In this document: positions 35,953 to 45,721 of the stretch, in pieces
How the letters are laid out: each line of letters begins with the position of its first letter
How positions within the stretch are numbered: position 1 is the first letter of the stretch
NCBI GenBank assembly: GCA_964444425.1
Contig: CAYUHK010000005.1
Coordinates: 4,031-68,030, forward strand
Reading direction: 5' to 3'
Length of the DNA stretch: 64,000 nucleotides
Source of the DNA: an uncultured Verrucomicrobiota bacterium
GTDB taxonomy: Bacteria > Verrucomicrobiota > Kiritimatiellia > JAAZAB01
Notes under the pieces: generated by a model
Told to the model about the DNA's origin: nothing
The model's database searches: none
What the model saw: the letters and a program-made list of their open reading frames with translations, nothing else
Position numbers and translations under genes: made by a program

Positions 35953-37023
35953 TCATGCAGGCAGCGATGCTGCCAATAGCCGCAACAGTCCGGCGGCCAG
36001 CAAGGCCGTTATAGGCAAGGTTAAAATCCAAGCCCAGATGATTTTTTTAACCACCTCCCATTTCACGGCCTTGCCTTGTTTGACCATGCCAACCCCCACA
36101 ATAGAAGTCGAAATGACATGTGTTGTCGAGAGAGGCATGCCCCAATGGCTAGCCAACTGAATTATGGCCGCAGCGGTGGTCTGGGCAGCAAAACCATGAA
36201 CGGGCTGCAAACGGACCAGCTTATGGCCCAAGGTACGGATAATACGCCAGCCTCCGGCCGCCGTGCCAGCAGCCATGGTCAAGGCGCAAAGGATTTTAAT
36301 CCAGAGGGCGACCTTAAACACGGGCGTATATAAAAAATGTATCCCAACTGGTAGGTTATCGAAGGAACCAGCTTGCGTAGCCGTGAATAGGATCAGGGCC
36401 AGTATGCCCATGGTTTTCTGGGCGTCATTAGTACCATGGCTAAATCCCATCCAAGCGGCGCTGAGTATCTGTATTTTCCCAAAAACGCGATTAATAAGGC
36501 GGGGTGTTAATTTTTGTAACAGGCTTTGCAGCAGCCCCATCAAGATCAAGCCGCCCACTATTCCCAGCAACGGCGCGATAAACATCGGCAGCACTACCTT
36601 GGGTAAAATGCCCTCCATCTGCCCAGTGCCAGCATTGATTACGAACCAGCGGACCGCTTGAAAACAGCCTTGGGCTTGGGCCAGGGCTGCGCCACATAGC
36701 CCGCCGATCAAAGCATGGCTGGAGCTAGAGGGCAGTCCTAGCCACCAGGTCAGCAGGTTCCACAAGATGGCGCTCAACAATCCGCAGAAAATCACAGGCG
36801 GTGTAATGTATTGAGTTTCGATAAGCCCCCGACCAATGGTTGTTGCCACGGCCACTCCTATCAAGGCGCCCGTCAAGTTGCCGGCCGATGCCAGGAGAAT
36901 CGCCTGGCGCGGGGTCAAGACCTTGGTGGAAACGGAAGTAGCAATAACATTGGCAGCGTCATGGAAGCCGTTGATATACTCAAAGAGCAGCGCAACGAGG
37001 GCAATAACGATAGCGAATAACAT
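35953..37023 (-). CDS. Inorganic phosphate transporter, PiT family
   Basis: GFHDAANVIATSV and GFSHGTNDAQKTMG signature repeats in a multi-TM protein. It pairs with the upstream DUF47 gene. Confidence 0.85.
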   Translation of the reverse strand: MLFAIVIALVALLFEYINGFHDAANVIATSVSTKVLTPRQAILLASAGNLTGALIGVAVATTIGRGLIETQYITPPVIFCGLLSAILWNLLTWWLGLPSSSSHALIGGLCGAALAQAQGCFQAVRWFVINAGTGQMEGILPKVVLPMFIAPLLGIVGGLILMGLLQSLLQKLTPRLINRVFGKIQILSAAWMGFSHGTNDAQKTMGILALILFTATQAGSFDNLPVGIHFLYTPVFKVALWIKILCALTMAAGTAAGGWRIIRTLGHKLVRLQPVHGFAAQTTAAAIIQLASHWGMPLSTTHVISTSIVGVGMVKQGKAVKWEVVKKIIWAWILTLPITALLAAGLLRLLAASLPA

Positions 37024-37037
37024 AGCACGGCACGCAA

Positions 37038-37709
37038 CTAGGAGTATTTAAGCACGACCTGGAAAATAACATTACTAGCATCTCGACAACGATCTATGGC
37101 CTGTTCCAATGTTTCATAAAGATCCATGATCACAACCACTTTCAAGGGTTCGTATTTCCCGCTATAAAGATCCTTGATCAGTGTAAACAATAGTTTATCG
37201 GCCTCGTTTTCCATATCATGCAGTGCATGATTGGCTTTTTGAATCTTATGTAAGGAAGGTCGCTCACGCAGCATTTTAATCATAAGAGCGATGGTGGACA
37301 TAGCCCTAGACAAGATATCGACTTGTTGAAAAAAATTGATATCTAGAAGAAAATGGCGGCAGATAAGATATTTTTCGCTAAATTTTTCTATAGTTTTAGG
37401 CACCTTATAAAGCGCCACCGACAAGGTTTCGATATCTTCGCGCTCCAGCGGAGTGACAAAGGTTTTACATAATTGTTCCATCACTTCTTCAACAATGCGC
37501 TTGTTCTGACGACGCGCCTGGACGATCTCATCCAATATTTCGGCCGCATCGTTTTCCTGCAATATATTCTTGAGCGATTGAACGCTGTTTTGGGCTTCGA
37601 GCGCGCTGGCCTCCAGCAGGTCATAGAACTTATCGTCGTAGCCTAGAAGTTTTTTTATTACGTGTTTCATAGTGAGCAGAAATGTTATTCCAGCAGCGGC
37701 GAAAAACAA
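37038..37709 (-). CDS. DUF47/TIGR00153 (PhoU-like) phosphate-transport regulator
   Basis: 223-aa all-helical protein immediately upstream of PiT on the same strand, the conserved pairing. Confidence 0.7.
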   Translation of the reverse strand: MFFAAAGITFLLTMKHVIKKLLGYDDKFYDLLEASALEAQNSVQSLKNILQENDAAEILDEIVQARRQNKRIVEEVMEQLCKTFVTPLEREDIETLSVALYKVPKTIEKFSEKYLICRHFLLDINFFQQVDILSRAMSTIALMIKMLRERPSLHKIQKANHALHDMENEADKLLFTLIKDLYSGKYEPLKVVVIMDLYETLEQAIDRCRDASNVIFQVVLKYS

Positions 37710-37815
37710 GCAGATTTTTAGCCTGATTTTATATCCACGCCATAGAGCCCAGCACGCTTATGGCCAAATTGACGCTCCTCCAAGCAGGGGATCTGCGGCC
37801 ACAACCGTCTATGGA

Positions 37816-39318
37816 TTATCTAAAAAAAATAAAGGTCTGCATAATAAAAATTGGGATCAGAATCGCGCTTGACCAAAGCATATACCCGCCAAAGGACGGC
37901 ATCTTAATACGCGCATGCTCGGCCATGGCCTTAACCATAAAATTGGGCCCATTGCCAATGTAGGTATAGGCGCCGAAAAAGACGGTGCCGCAGGAAATCG
38001 CCGCTAACAACGCAGGAAAACGCTCGGCCAGCAGATCAAGGTGCATTGGCGCTAAGTGATTTTGGCTGGCGGCAAGCGTGACATAGGCAAGATAGGTTGG
38101 TGCGTTATCCAAAAAACCGCTCAAACTGCCGCTGGCCCAGAAAAAACGCCACGGCTCATGCCAAGCCCAAAGTTGGCTTTTGGCTTCCAATAAAGATAAG
38201 GCCGGGATCATAGCGCCGAAAATTCCAAAAAATAAAATCGCTACCTCTAGAATGGGTGCGAAGGAAAACCCATTGGCGCGGCGGTAATGCTCGGATGTCA
38301 TTCGGTAAGAGCATAAAGCTAATAGGCTCATACCGATGATCTGAAATACTTTGGATCCTATCTCGGCCCCAGCGACGCTGCCTAACTGCATTAAGCCTGG
38401 GCGAACGATTCTGCTGGCCAGCAGCACCCCCATGATTGCCAGTAGCAAGAAAACATTGCGCCACCCCTGAATACGAAAGTTTTCCAAGCGCTTGGCCGGC
38501 AAAGCTGCTCTGGTCTGCTCGGTCATGCCGGTTAACACGGAGCGCCGCACCAATCGCCGATCCAGCAGATAGAACAACAATAATAACATGCTGTTGGTCA
38601 ACAGCCATTGCGGCCATAGCCGCAGAGTCCAACTAAAGGGAACCCCACGCAGAAACCCAAGATAAAGGGGCGGATCGCCCAAAGGGGTTAACAAGCCGCC
38701 GCAATTACAAACAATAAAGATGAAGAAAATGACGATATGCGCCGCGGATTTACGCCGAGCGTTGGCGCGCAACAAGGGGCGGATCAAAACCATGCTGGCG
38801 CCGGTGGTTCCCAGAAAATTGGCCAGAACAGCGCCTAGGGCTAAGAAGCCAGTATTGGCGGCCGGCGATCCAGACCATGCCCCGCTGACATGAATCCCTC
38901 CGGAAATAACAAACAGGGCACTCAGCATAACTAGAAAGGCCGCATATTCCAGGTAAACCGCCCATATTTTAGTCAAGTCGGCCGTAGGAATGAGATATAG
39001 AAACATCCCGGCTAAGGCGCAAATCAAAGCGACTTTTAATTTATTACGATGTTGTTCCCACCAGGCCCCCGTTATGGACAACAGCGGCAGAATGGCTATA
39101 CAGAGCAACAGGGCCACCAAAGGTAAGAGGTAGAAGGCCCCTAGCCCCATGCCAACATTTTGCCAATAAGTCGATAGGTCCATAGGGGGTGTTTCATTTC
39201 CGGTGGCTTGGCCCAGATCTTGACAAATGATCAGGTGGTGGGCGCCGGATAAACTGTCGATATTTGATACCAGCTTCTTTAAATAGGGCGGTAACCTGGC
39301 GGCTACGAGGATAGTCAT
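37816..39318 (-). CDS. Polytopic membrane transporter (ArsB/NhaD-type ion-transporter-superfamily-like); family uncertain
   Basis: Many TM helices in two repeated halves. The likely true start is the MDLSTYWQNVGMGLG methionine (about 39183), which removes most of the overlap with the deaminase gene. Confidence 0.45.
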   Translation of the reverse strand: MTILVAARLPPYLKKLVSNIDSLSGAHHLIICQDLGQATGNETPPMDLSTYWQNVGMGLGAFYLLPLVALLLCIAILPLLSITGAWWEQHRNKLKVALICALAGMFLYLIPTADLTKIWAVYLEYAAFLVMLSALFVISGGIHVSGAWSGSPAANTGFLALGAVLANFLGTTGASMVLIRPLLRANARRKSAAHIVIFFIFIVCNCGGLLTPLGDPPLYLGFLRGVPFSWTLRLWPQWLLTNSMLLLLFYLLDRRLVRRSVLTGMTEQTRAALPAKRLENFRIQGWRNVFLLLAIMGVLLASRIVRPGLMQLGSVAGAEIGSKVFQIIGMSLLALCSYRMTSEHYRRANGFSFAPILEVAILFFGIFGAMIPALSLLEAKSQLWAWHEPWRFFWASGSLSGFLDNAPTYLAYVTLAASQNHLAPMHLDLLAERFPALLAAISCGTVFFGAYTYIGNGPNFMVKAMAEHARIKMPSFGGYMLWSSAILIPIFIMQTFIFFR

Positions 39319-39778
39319 TTCCGTAGACCACTTCCTTAATGCCAGCCGTGATGATCATTTTGGCGCAGAGCAAACAGGGGCTTTCCGTGCAATAAAGCAC
39401 CGAGTCTTTCAAGGCCACTCCGTGATAGGCAGCTTGAACAATGGCATTTTCTTCAGCGTGCGCGCATATACAATCGCCCAGCTGTTCTCCGGAGGGCGCC
39501 TGGCTGGCGCAGCGGGGACAGCCGCCCTCGTTGCAGTTACGGATGCCACTTGGCGTGCCATTATACCCCGTAGAAATGATCCTACGCTCTTTTACAATCA
39601 GCGCAGCGACCTGACGCCGCAAGCAGTTACTCCGGCGTTTAACAACCTGTATTATCTCCATAAAATAGGTATCCCAATCCGGCCGCACAACGAGCCCAAG
39701 CTGGCGCGCGCGCAACTTGGCTGGCAAGGAACGCCGAGCATGGACAGATTTGGGAGACCTGGAAACACGGGAGGCCAT
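39194..39778 (-). CDS. dCMP deaminase (ComEB/Dcd-type cytidine/deoxycytidylate deaminase)
   Basis: DWDTYFMEIIQVVKRRSNCLRRQVAALIV, zinc motifs CAHAEENAI and PCLLCAKMI. The exact start is uncertain, and the N-terminal ~30 aa of the ORF may not be translated. Confidence 0.8.
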   Translation of the reverse strand: MASRVSRSPKSVHARRSLPAKLRARQLGLVVRPDWDTYFMEIIQVVKRRSNCLRRQVAALIVKERRIISTGYNGTPSGIRNCNEGGCPRCASQAPSGEQLGDCICAHAEENAIVQAAYHGVALKDSVLYCTESPCLLCAKMIITAGIKEVVYGNDYPRSRQVTALFKEAGIKYRQFIRRPPPDHLSRSGPSHRK

Positions 39779-39939
39779 GGCCAGAAAGTGTACGTTACCC
39801 CGTGGCGGCGGTCAAGCCTATCTCACTCAGTATCCAGGCCGTGTGGATTTGCGCTGGTGCGCTCGTAGCAAAAAACGTATGCTTTAAGCGATTGCGGTTA
39901 TTAGCTAAACGGCCAACGCAAATATAGGCATAAAGCAAT

Positions 39940-40227
39940 ATGAGCTGGATCACTGGCACAAAACACGGCGTGGTTTTACAAATTCATGCTGTTCCACGCG
40001 CTCAGCGAACCGCGCTACAAGGGCTGCATGGAGATGCGATAAAAATCCGTCTGCAAGCGCCACCGCAAGAAGGCCAGGCCAATAAAGTTCTGCTACAATT
40101 TTTAAGTAAAATTTTAGGAATCTCTCAAGGGCAGATCAGGCTGCTTACAGGGGCCAGCCACCGCAAAAAGCGTATCCTTATCTCAGGCCTACCAGCAGAC
40201 ACCATCCGCGCTAAATTAGACCTATAA
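39940..40227 (+). CDS. DUF167 (YggU-family) protein
   Basis: 95 aa, with the YggU-like pattern GVVLQIHAVPRAQRTALQGLHGDAIKIRLQAPPQEGQANKVLLQFLSKILGI. Confidence 0.65.
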   Translation: MSWITGTKHGVVLQIHAVPRAQRTALQGLHGDAIKIRLQAPPQEGQANKVLLQFLSKILGISQGQIRLLTGASHRKKRILISGLPADTIRAKLDL

Positions 40228-40270
40228 ATGGGTATAACCTTACGATTATCTTAATGCTAAGCAGATGCGA

Positions 40271-41365
40271 TTAAGTAATCCTTAAAGGCATAAGGACATA
40301 TAAGAAGGGGATGTCGCATTTAACGATAGCCGGGCTTAATTCATCCACTAATTCTATCTTAACCTCATCGCTGGTTAAGTTGCGGAGTGGAGCCATTAAG
40401 AATTCTGGGTTAAAAGCCATAGCAATGGACTTACCAGTATATTTAATAGGCACTGATTCTTGGGCTTCGCCGACATCTGGAGTGACTGCTGAAACATGTA
40501 TTTGATTTTTATTAAATGATACTTTCACCGACGGATACTGTTCATTAGTTATTAACGCTACACGCTTCAGGGCAATCAATAAACTCTCCCGATCCACGCT
40601 AACGCGCTCCTCGCACTGAGTGGGAATGACCTGTCGAAAATTAGGATAGTTGCCATCAATAAGCTTAGAAATTAACGTTATTGTCCCGGTATCGAACAGC
40701 ACCAAATTAGGCAAGATTTTAATCTTTAAGATATCTTCATCTTTAAGGGTTCTAATCAATTCATTCACAGCTTTAGTGGGAATAATGATGTCCGTTTGAG
40801 CATCTCCCGGAATTTCCATTTCCTGCTCTACCATGGCTAAACGGCGGCCATCTGTAGCGACCATGGTTAATTTTTGGTCTTTAAAACTTAAAAAAGTTCC
40901 GCTTAGCACCTGACGACTCTCATCTGTGGAAGCAGCATAAATGGTTTTTTTCAACATTTCCTTAAAAGTTGCTTGTGGCATAGAAAAAGAATGCGCTGTT
41001 TCAAAAGGTGGTAGAGGAGGAAATTCATCCGCCGAAATGCCCAGCACTTTATAGGAAGATGATCCGCAATGGATTGCTGCCGTATCTTTATCGTCTATAT
41101 CTATTTCAATATTCTCATTTGGCAATTCACGGATGATGTCGTGTAGACGCCGCGCATGAAATGTGCTAGCACAACTTTTAGAAGCATCTATAGCCAGGTC
41201 ATATTTTATGCTAATGGATAGATCGGTGGTAACAAGCGAAAGGGTTCCTTTTTCAATTCTTAAAAGAACGTTATAAAGAATGGGTAAAGTTGTGCGGGTG
41301 CTAATGACAGGCAAAACAGCTTGCAGTCCCTTTAGGAGAGGCTCTTTTGAAATAGTAAATTTCAT
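40271..41365 (-). CDS. dnaN: DNA polymerase III beta sliding clamp
   Basis: MKFTISKEPLLKGLQAVLPVISTRTTLPILYNVLL N-terminus and a three-domain length. It is directly downstream of dnaA and is visibly AT-richer than the flanking genes. Confidence 0.9.
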   Translation of the reverse strand: MKFTISKEPLLKGLQAVLPVISTRTTLPILYNVLLRIEKGTLSLVTTDLSISIKYDLAIDASKSCASTFHARRLHDIIRELPNENIEIDIDDKDTAAIHCGSSSYKVLGISADEFPPLPPFETAHSFSMPQATFKEMLKKTIYAASTDESRQVLSGTFLSFKDQKLTMVATDGRRLAMVEQEMEIPGDAQTDIIIPTKAVNELIRTLKDEDILKIKILPNLVLFDTGTITLISKLIDGNYPNFRQVIPTQCEERVSVDRESLLIALKRVALITNEQYPSVKVSFNKNQIHVSAVTPDVGEAQESVPIKYTGKSIAMAFNPEFLMAPLRNLTSDEVKIELVDELSPAIVKCDIPFLYVLMPLRIT

Positions 41366-41583
41366 GAGGGGCTCCTTATTCTTCTATTATATTATATTTA
41401 TAATTATTTATATTAGTGTCTGATGATAAGTTTAACATCTTTAAAAAAGCCTGTCATCCTTGCTTAAAAAGAATAAAAGAATTTAATAACTACGAACGGC
41501 GCCTGTTAATAAATCGATAGGTCAGAATGCTGAGCGCTCCGCAATGTTAGTTATATTCTTGATACATTAAAGTTATGAACATT
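41366..41583. other. Very AT-rich dnaA-dnaN intergenic spacer; possible second origin element or DNA-unwinding element
   Basis: 218 bp with long A/T runs (ttattcttctattatattatatttataattatttatatt). Confidence 0.3.
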
Positions 41584-42969
41584 TTATCTCGCGGGAGATG
41601 TGGCTGCATTATTACCAATCTGTTTGGAAAGCTTGATAATGCTTTGTTTAACTTGTTGATCCTGCTTGATTTTCTGGTTGATACAGCGGCAGGCATGCAT
41701 AACAGTGGCATGTGTTTTTCCAAAGGCCCGTCCGATTTCGGGCAATGAAGCAGTTGTTAGCGAACGACATAGATACATAGCTATTTGACGTGGCAAGGCC
41801 ACCCCCCGCGAGCGATATTTACTGGTCATGTCGGCCATGCGAATATCGAAATAATCCGCTACCCCACGTTGGATCATATTGATGGAAACCGGCTCTTTCT
41901 TTTCCTGTTCAATAATGTTTTGAAGCAAAGACTCAGCTAGCTCCGTTGACATGGTTTTTTGGTAAATGGCTGTATAGGAGGTTAATTGCAATAGAGCTCC
42001 CTCCAGAGAACGGATGTTAGAGCAAATATGCGTGGCCACAAAAGTTAAGACGTCCTCTGGCAGCAGCACCTTAAGGGTTTTTTGTTTAGAGCGCAGAATG
42101 GCCATGCGCGTTTCAAAATCTGGAGGCAATAGTTCAGTTACTAAGCCCCATTCAAAACGTGTAACCAAACGTTTTTCTAAACCGGCTATTTCGCCAGCCG
42201 GCCGGTCGCTCGTCATCACGATTTGCTTATGGGCATCATTGAGCACGTTGAATGTATTAAAAAATTCTTCCTGCAGAGCGCTGGTTTTGGCTAGAAAGTG
42301 AATATCATCAATCAATAAAAGATGAGCGCTGCGATATTTATCTCGAAACTGTTTAACGCGTCGATTTTGTAGGGAATCTATATATTCATTCATTAAGGTT
42401 TCGCAGGAAAGATAATGAACACGGGATTTAGACTGGGTGAGCGCATAATGGCCGATGGCCTGCATTAAATGGGTTTTGCCTAACCCTACTCCGCCATAAA
42501 TAAAGAGTGGATTATAGGCTTTGCCGGGCGCTTGGGCAACCGCTAGGGACGAGGCATGGGCAAAGCTATTGGCAGGGCCAACCACAAATGAATCGAAGAC
42601 ATATTTAGGATTGAGCCGAATCTCGGCCTTAGCTCCGCCGCCACGAATCTTTTTAGAACGATCCGGCCGGCGGGTCATCGGTTGCTCATCGACTGGTGTT
42701 GGCGCGTCCATGGCGCCGGCCGGCGTCACTTCAAATTGCACTTGTAGCTCGTGGCCATGTGCGCGCCCGACCGCTTCTTTGATGAGCGCCAAATAATTCT
42801 CTTCCAGCCAGGTTTGATAAAAATCACAACTGACCGATAGAATCAATTTCTCGCCATCGAATTGTTTGGGGTTGATTACGGCGATCCATCGAGCATAAAC
42901 ATCGGGATTCAATTGTCCTTGTAAATGTTGGCAGGCTTGATGCCAAAGCGTTTCAACCTGTGTTGTCAA
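41584..42969 (-). CDS. dnaA: Chromosomal replication initiator protein DnaA
   Basis: N-terminal domain I, AAA+ Walker A GGVGLGKTHLMQAIG, Walker B LLLIDDIHFL and the C-terminal DNA-binding domain EIGRAFGKTHATVMHACR. Confidence 0.95.
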   Translation of the reverse strand: MTTQVETLWHQACQHLQGQLNPDVYARWIAVINPKQFDGEKLILSVSCDFYQTWLEENYLALIKEAVGRAHGHELQVQFEVTPAGAMDAPTPVDEQPMTRRPDRSKKIRGGGAKAEIRLNPKYVFDSFVVGPANSFAHASSLAVAQAPGKAYNPLFIYGGVGLGKTHLMQAIGHYALTQSKSRVHYLSCETLMNEYIDSLQNRRVKQFRDKYRSAHLLLIDDIHFLAKTSALQEEFFNTFNVLNDAHKQIVMTSDRPAGEIAGLEKRLVTRFEWGLVTELLPPDFETRMAILRSKQKTLKVLLPEDVLTFVATHICSNIRSLEGALLQLTSYTAIYQKTMSTELAESLLQNIIEQEKKEPVSINMIQRGVADYFDIRMADMTSKYRSRGVALPRQIAMYLCRSLTTASLPEIGRAFGKTHATVMHACRCINQKIKQDQQVKQSIIKLSKQIGNNAATSPAR

Positions 42970-43501
42970 CGAAACCCCCTACCCGCAGGCGTTACTTGAA
43001 GAATGGAAAATGACGAGTGCAATGGAACCCTAAAAAATTAGTTCCTTCTTGTCAAATAAAAAGGCATTAAAAAATTTTAAATATTCATTTAATTTTTAGC
43101 ATCAGGAGTTTGGCTAAGCTTGGTTGGGTTTATTGCTAACAAGCGTTGATTTGCGTAACCTATCATGATTAAATCATTTGCGTTATTGGAGAGCAGGCTC
43201 GGAAGAGCTTATGCACAGTTTATTAACACCCCGTCGGCTCATGATCGGGGGTTTTATATAAATAAAGATAGCTGTAAGGATAAACGATAGCATGTAACTA
43301 TCAGCTGTTTTCTGCTTTGTTTTTACGATTTTACTCGTCTTGCGTTACATGTTTAACTTAGGTAATATCAATGATATACAAAGATTTATACCGAGCATTT
43401 ATCAATGGTTATTTAAAGCAATAATCTAGCAAACATAAAATTATTTGCCATTGCTATATGATCATGAAGACTCAAAGCTAAGTAATCCTGAGGTTAGAAA
43501 C
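42970..43501. other. Candidate oriC: AT-rich intergenic region upstream of dnaA with DnaA-box-like 9-mers
   Basis: About 530 bp of non-coding AT-rich sequence lies between the divergently oriented dnaA (-) and the M24 peptidase (+). TTATTAACA at 43220-43228 is a 1-mismatch DnaA box, and GGATAAACG (reverse TTATCC) sits near 43279. Confidence 0.5.
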
Positions 43502-44623
43502 ATGAGACAATTAACAGGCCCCCTATTAATGGTTGGCGCGCCGCAAGATATGTTAGATATTCGCTACGCAACAGGGTTCACGGCGCCCAGTCCGGTTGTT
43601 TATTTACAGGACGGCAGAAAAAAAATACTAGTAGTTCCATTTTTGGAGTTCGAGCGAGCTCGCCGGGTGGCTAAACCTATTACTGTTTGGGCGGCCGAAG
43701 CGCTGCCCATCAACCAGAAAATGAAGGGCAGCGTGACCGGATGGGCTTTAGGATTATTGCAGCATTTGAAGATAAATGCTGTCACGGTGCCAGGCGAGCT
43801 GCCTATAGCAGTGGCCGACGCATTACGGCGTGCCAGAATTCGCATTCAGGTTGCTACTGGTCCGATTTTTCCCCAACGGCAGGTTAAAACAAAGCTGGAG
43901 TTGGCGCACCTGGTTGAGAGCCAACGGGCGGCTGTTCGAGCGCTACTGGATGCGGTGCGCTATTTAGCGCGGGCGCAGGCCGATCATCAGGGGCTGCTGC
44001 GGGTTGATAAACAATTGGTGACCTCGGAGCTCCTCCGTGCGCGGATTAACAAAACGTTGCTAGACCATCATTGTATTGGATCGGGCACTATCGTTGCTGG
44101 CGGCGCGCAGGCGGCTGATCCGCATGAAATCGGCTTTGGTCCCCTGCGCCAAGGCGAAAGCATAGTGATGGATATTTTCCCTCAGCATATGGAGCATGGC
44201 TATTGGGGAGACTTAACGCGTACCGTTGTCAAGGGGCCGCCTTCGGCCGAACTATGTAAAGTATATCGTGCGGTGAAGCGGGCGCATGCGGCAGCTTTAT
44301 CAGTCGTCAAGGCGGGTGTAGCAGCGCAGCGAGTGCACGCCGCGGCTGTTAAGGCGGTGCGCCACGAAGGATTCAGCAATAGCATTGCCGCCGGCAAGGT
44401 CCAGGGGTTTATTCATAGTACTGGGCATGGCGTTGGCTTGGCCATTCATGAAATGCCGCAGGTAGGCCTGAGGCCTATGCGGCTAAAAAAAGGTAATGTT
44501 ATTACCATAGAACCAGGGCTCTATTATCGAGATATCGGCAGCGTACGCATTGAGGATTTAATTGTGGTAACTGCTTCGGGATGGCAGTCGCTAGCGCCTT
44601 GTCGTTATTTTTTCCGGATATAA
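43445..44623 (+). CDS. M24-family metallopeptidase (Xaa-Pro aminopeptidase/creatinase-like)
   Basis: Pita-bread fold metal ligands in HGVGLAIHE and IEPGLY/RIED. The likely true start is the MRQLTGPLLMVG methionine (43502), which has a GAGG SD 8 nt upstream. Confidence 0.8.
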   Translation: MPLLYDHEDSKLSNPEVRNMRQLTGPLLMVGAPQDMLDIRYATGFTAPSPVVYLQDGRKKILVVPFLEFERARRVAKPITVWAAEALPINQKMKGSVTGWALGLLQHLKINAVTVPGELPIAVADALRRARIRIQVATGPIFPQRQVKTKLELAHLVESQRAAVRALLDAVRYLARAQADHQGLLRVDKQLVTSELLRARINKTLLDHHCIGSGTIVAGGAQAADPHEIGFGPLRQGESIVMDIFPQHMEHGYWGDLTRTVVKGPPSAELCKVYRAVKRAHAAALSVVKAGVAAQRVHAAAVKAVRHEGFSNSIAAGKVQGFIHSTGHGVGLAIHEMPQVGLRPMRLKKGNVITIEPGLYYRDIGSVRIEDLIVVTASGWQSLAPCRYFFRI

Positions 44624-44707
44624 GCTGTCGCTTATCGAAAGATCTAAAACAGCCATTGAAAACGATAACAGCTTTAAGTATGATGCCGCTTAATAACAGC
44701 AAGCAGG

Positions 44708-45706
44708 TTGATTGTGGCACCAAGGATTCCAGGGATGAAAACTTTAAAACGGGCTCAAGCTATTTTGGACATAGAAATTGAGGAATTACGGAAAGTCCGG
44801 CGCGGCTTGGGCTCTGCTTTTAGTCGAGCGGCCGCCATCCTATTGGACAGTCTTAATCGGGGCGGTAAAATCGTTATTACCGGCGCTGGCAAAAGTTATT
44901 ATATTGGGCAAAAGATATCAGCAACTTTAGCCAGCACCGGCTCGCCCAGCGTGATCATGCATCCGACGCAGGCTCTCCACGGGGATATAGGTATTTTTTG
45001 TAGGCATGATGTTTTGCTGGTGCTTAGCCATAGCGGCGAGTCAGCCGAACTAGTCGATTTGCTGCCATTGGTAAAACGTCAAGGCGGCCGAATTATCGCC
45101 ATGACGGGTGTTGCCGATAGCATGTTGGCGAAACATAGCGATGAATCCATCATCATAGCGGTCAGCCGCGAAGCCTGCCCTTTTAACATGGCGCCAACTG
45201 CTAGCACCACTGCGATGTTGGCGGTCGGCGATGCCCTCGCGATCGTGCTGCTGGAAGCGCGAGGGTTCTGCAAGGATGATTTTGCTAAACTACATCCCGG
45301 AGGGACTATAGGCCGAACCCTCTTGCTGCGCGTATCTGATATTATGCGCCAGGGTAATCGCCTGGCGAGCGTATCGGTGAAAGCCAAGGTGCGCGATGCC
45401 ATCATTGTCATGATGGGGGCTCGTTCGGGATCGGCGGGAGTAGTGGATGCACAGAACCGGGTGGTGGGGATATTTACCGATGGCGATTTGCGGCGGATGG
45501 TAAGCCAGCAAACAAAAGTGTTGGATCAGCCCTTGCGGGCGGTGATGACTCCGGCGCCCATAACCATCCGAGCAAACGCTCTGGCGGTCGATGTGTTGAA
45601 GCTATTCGAGGATCATAACATAGATGATGTACTAGTGGTTGATACGCGCCGCCGTTTGATGGGCATAGTCGATATTCAGGATTTACCTAAATTTAAAATT
45701 CTCTGA
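44708..45706 (+). CDS. kpsF: KpsF/GutQ-family arabinose-5-phosphate isomerase (SIS + tandem CBS)
   Basis: SIS motifs GKIVITGAGKSYYIGQKISATLASTGSPSVIMHP and HGDIGI, plus a C-terminal CBS pair. The likely start is MKTLKRA at 44735. Confidence 0.8.
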   Translation: MIVAPRIPGMKTLKRAQAILDIEIEELRKVRRGLGSAFSRAAAILLDSLNRGGKIVITGAGKSYYIGQKISATLASTGSPSVIMHPTQALHGDIGIFCRHDVLLVLSHSGESAELVDLLPLVKRQGGRIIAMTGVADSMLAKHSDESIIIAVSREACPFNMAPTASTTAMLAVGDALAIVLLEARGFCKDDFAKLHPGGTIGRTLLLRVSDIMRQGNRLASVSVKAKVRDAIIVMMGARSGSAGVVDAQNRVVGIFTDGDLRRMVSQQTKVLDQPLRAVMTPAPITIRANALAVDVLKLFEDHNIDDVLVVDTRRRLMGIVDIQDLPKFKIL

Positions 45707-45721
45707 TCCATGAGGTGATCG

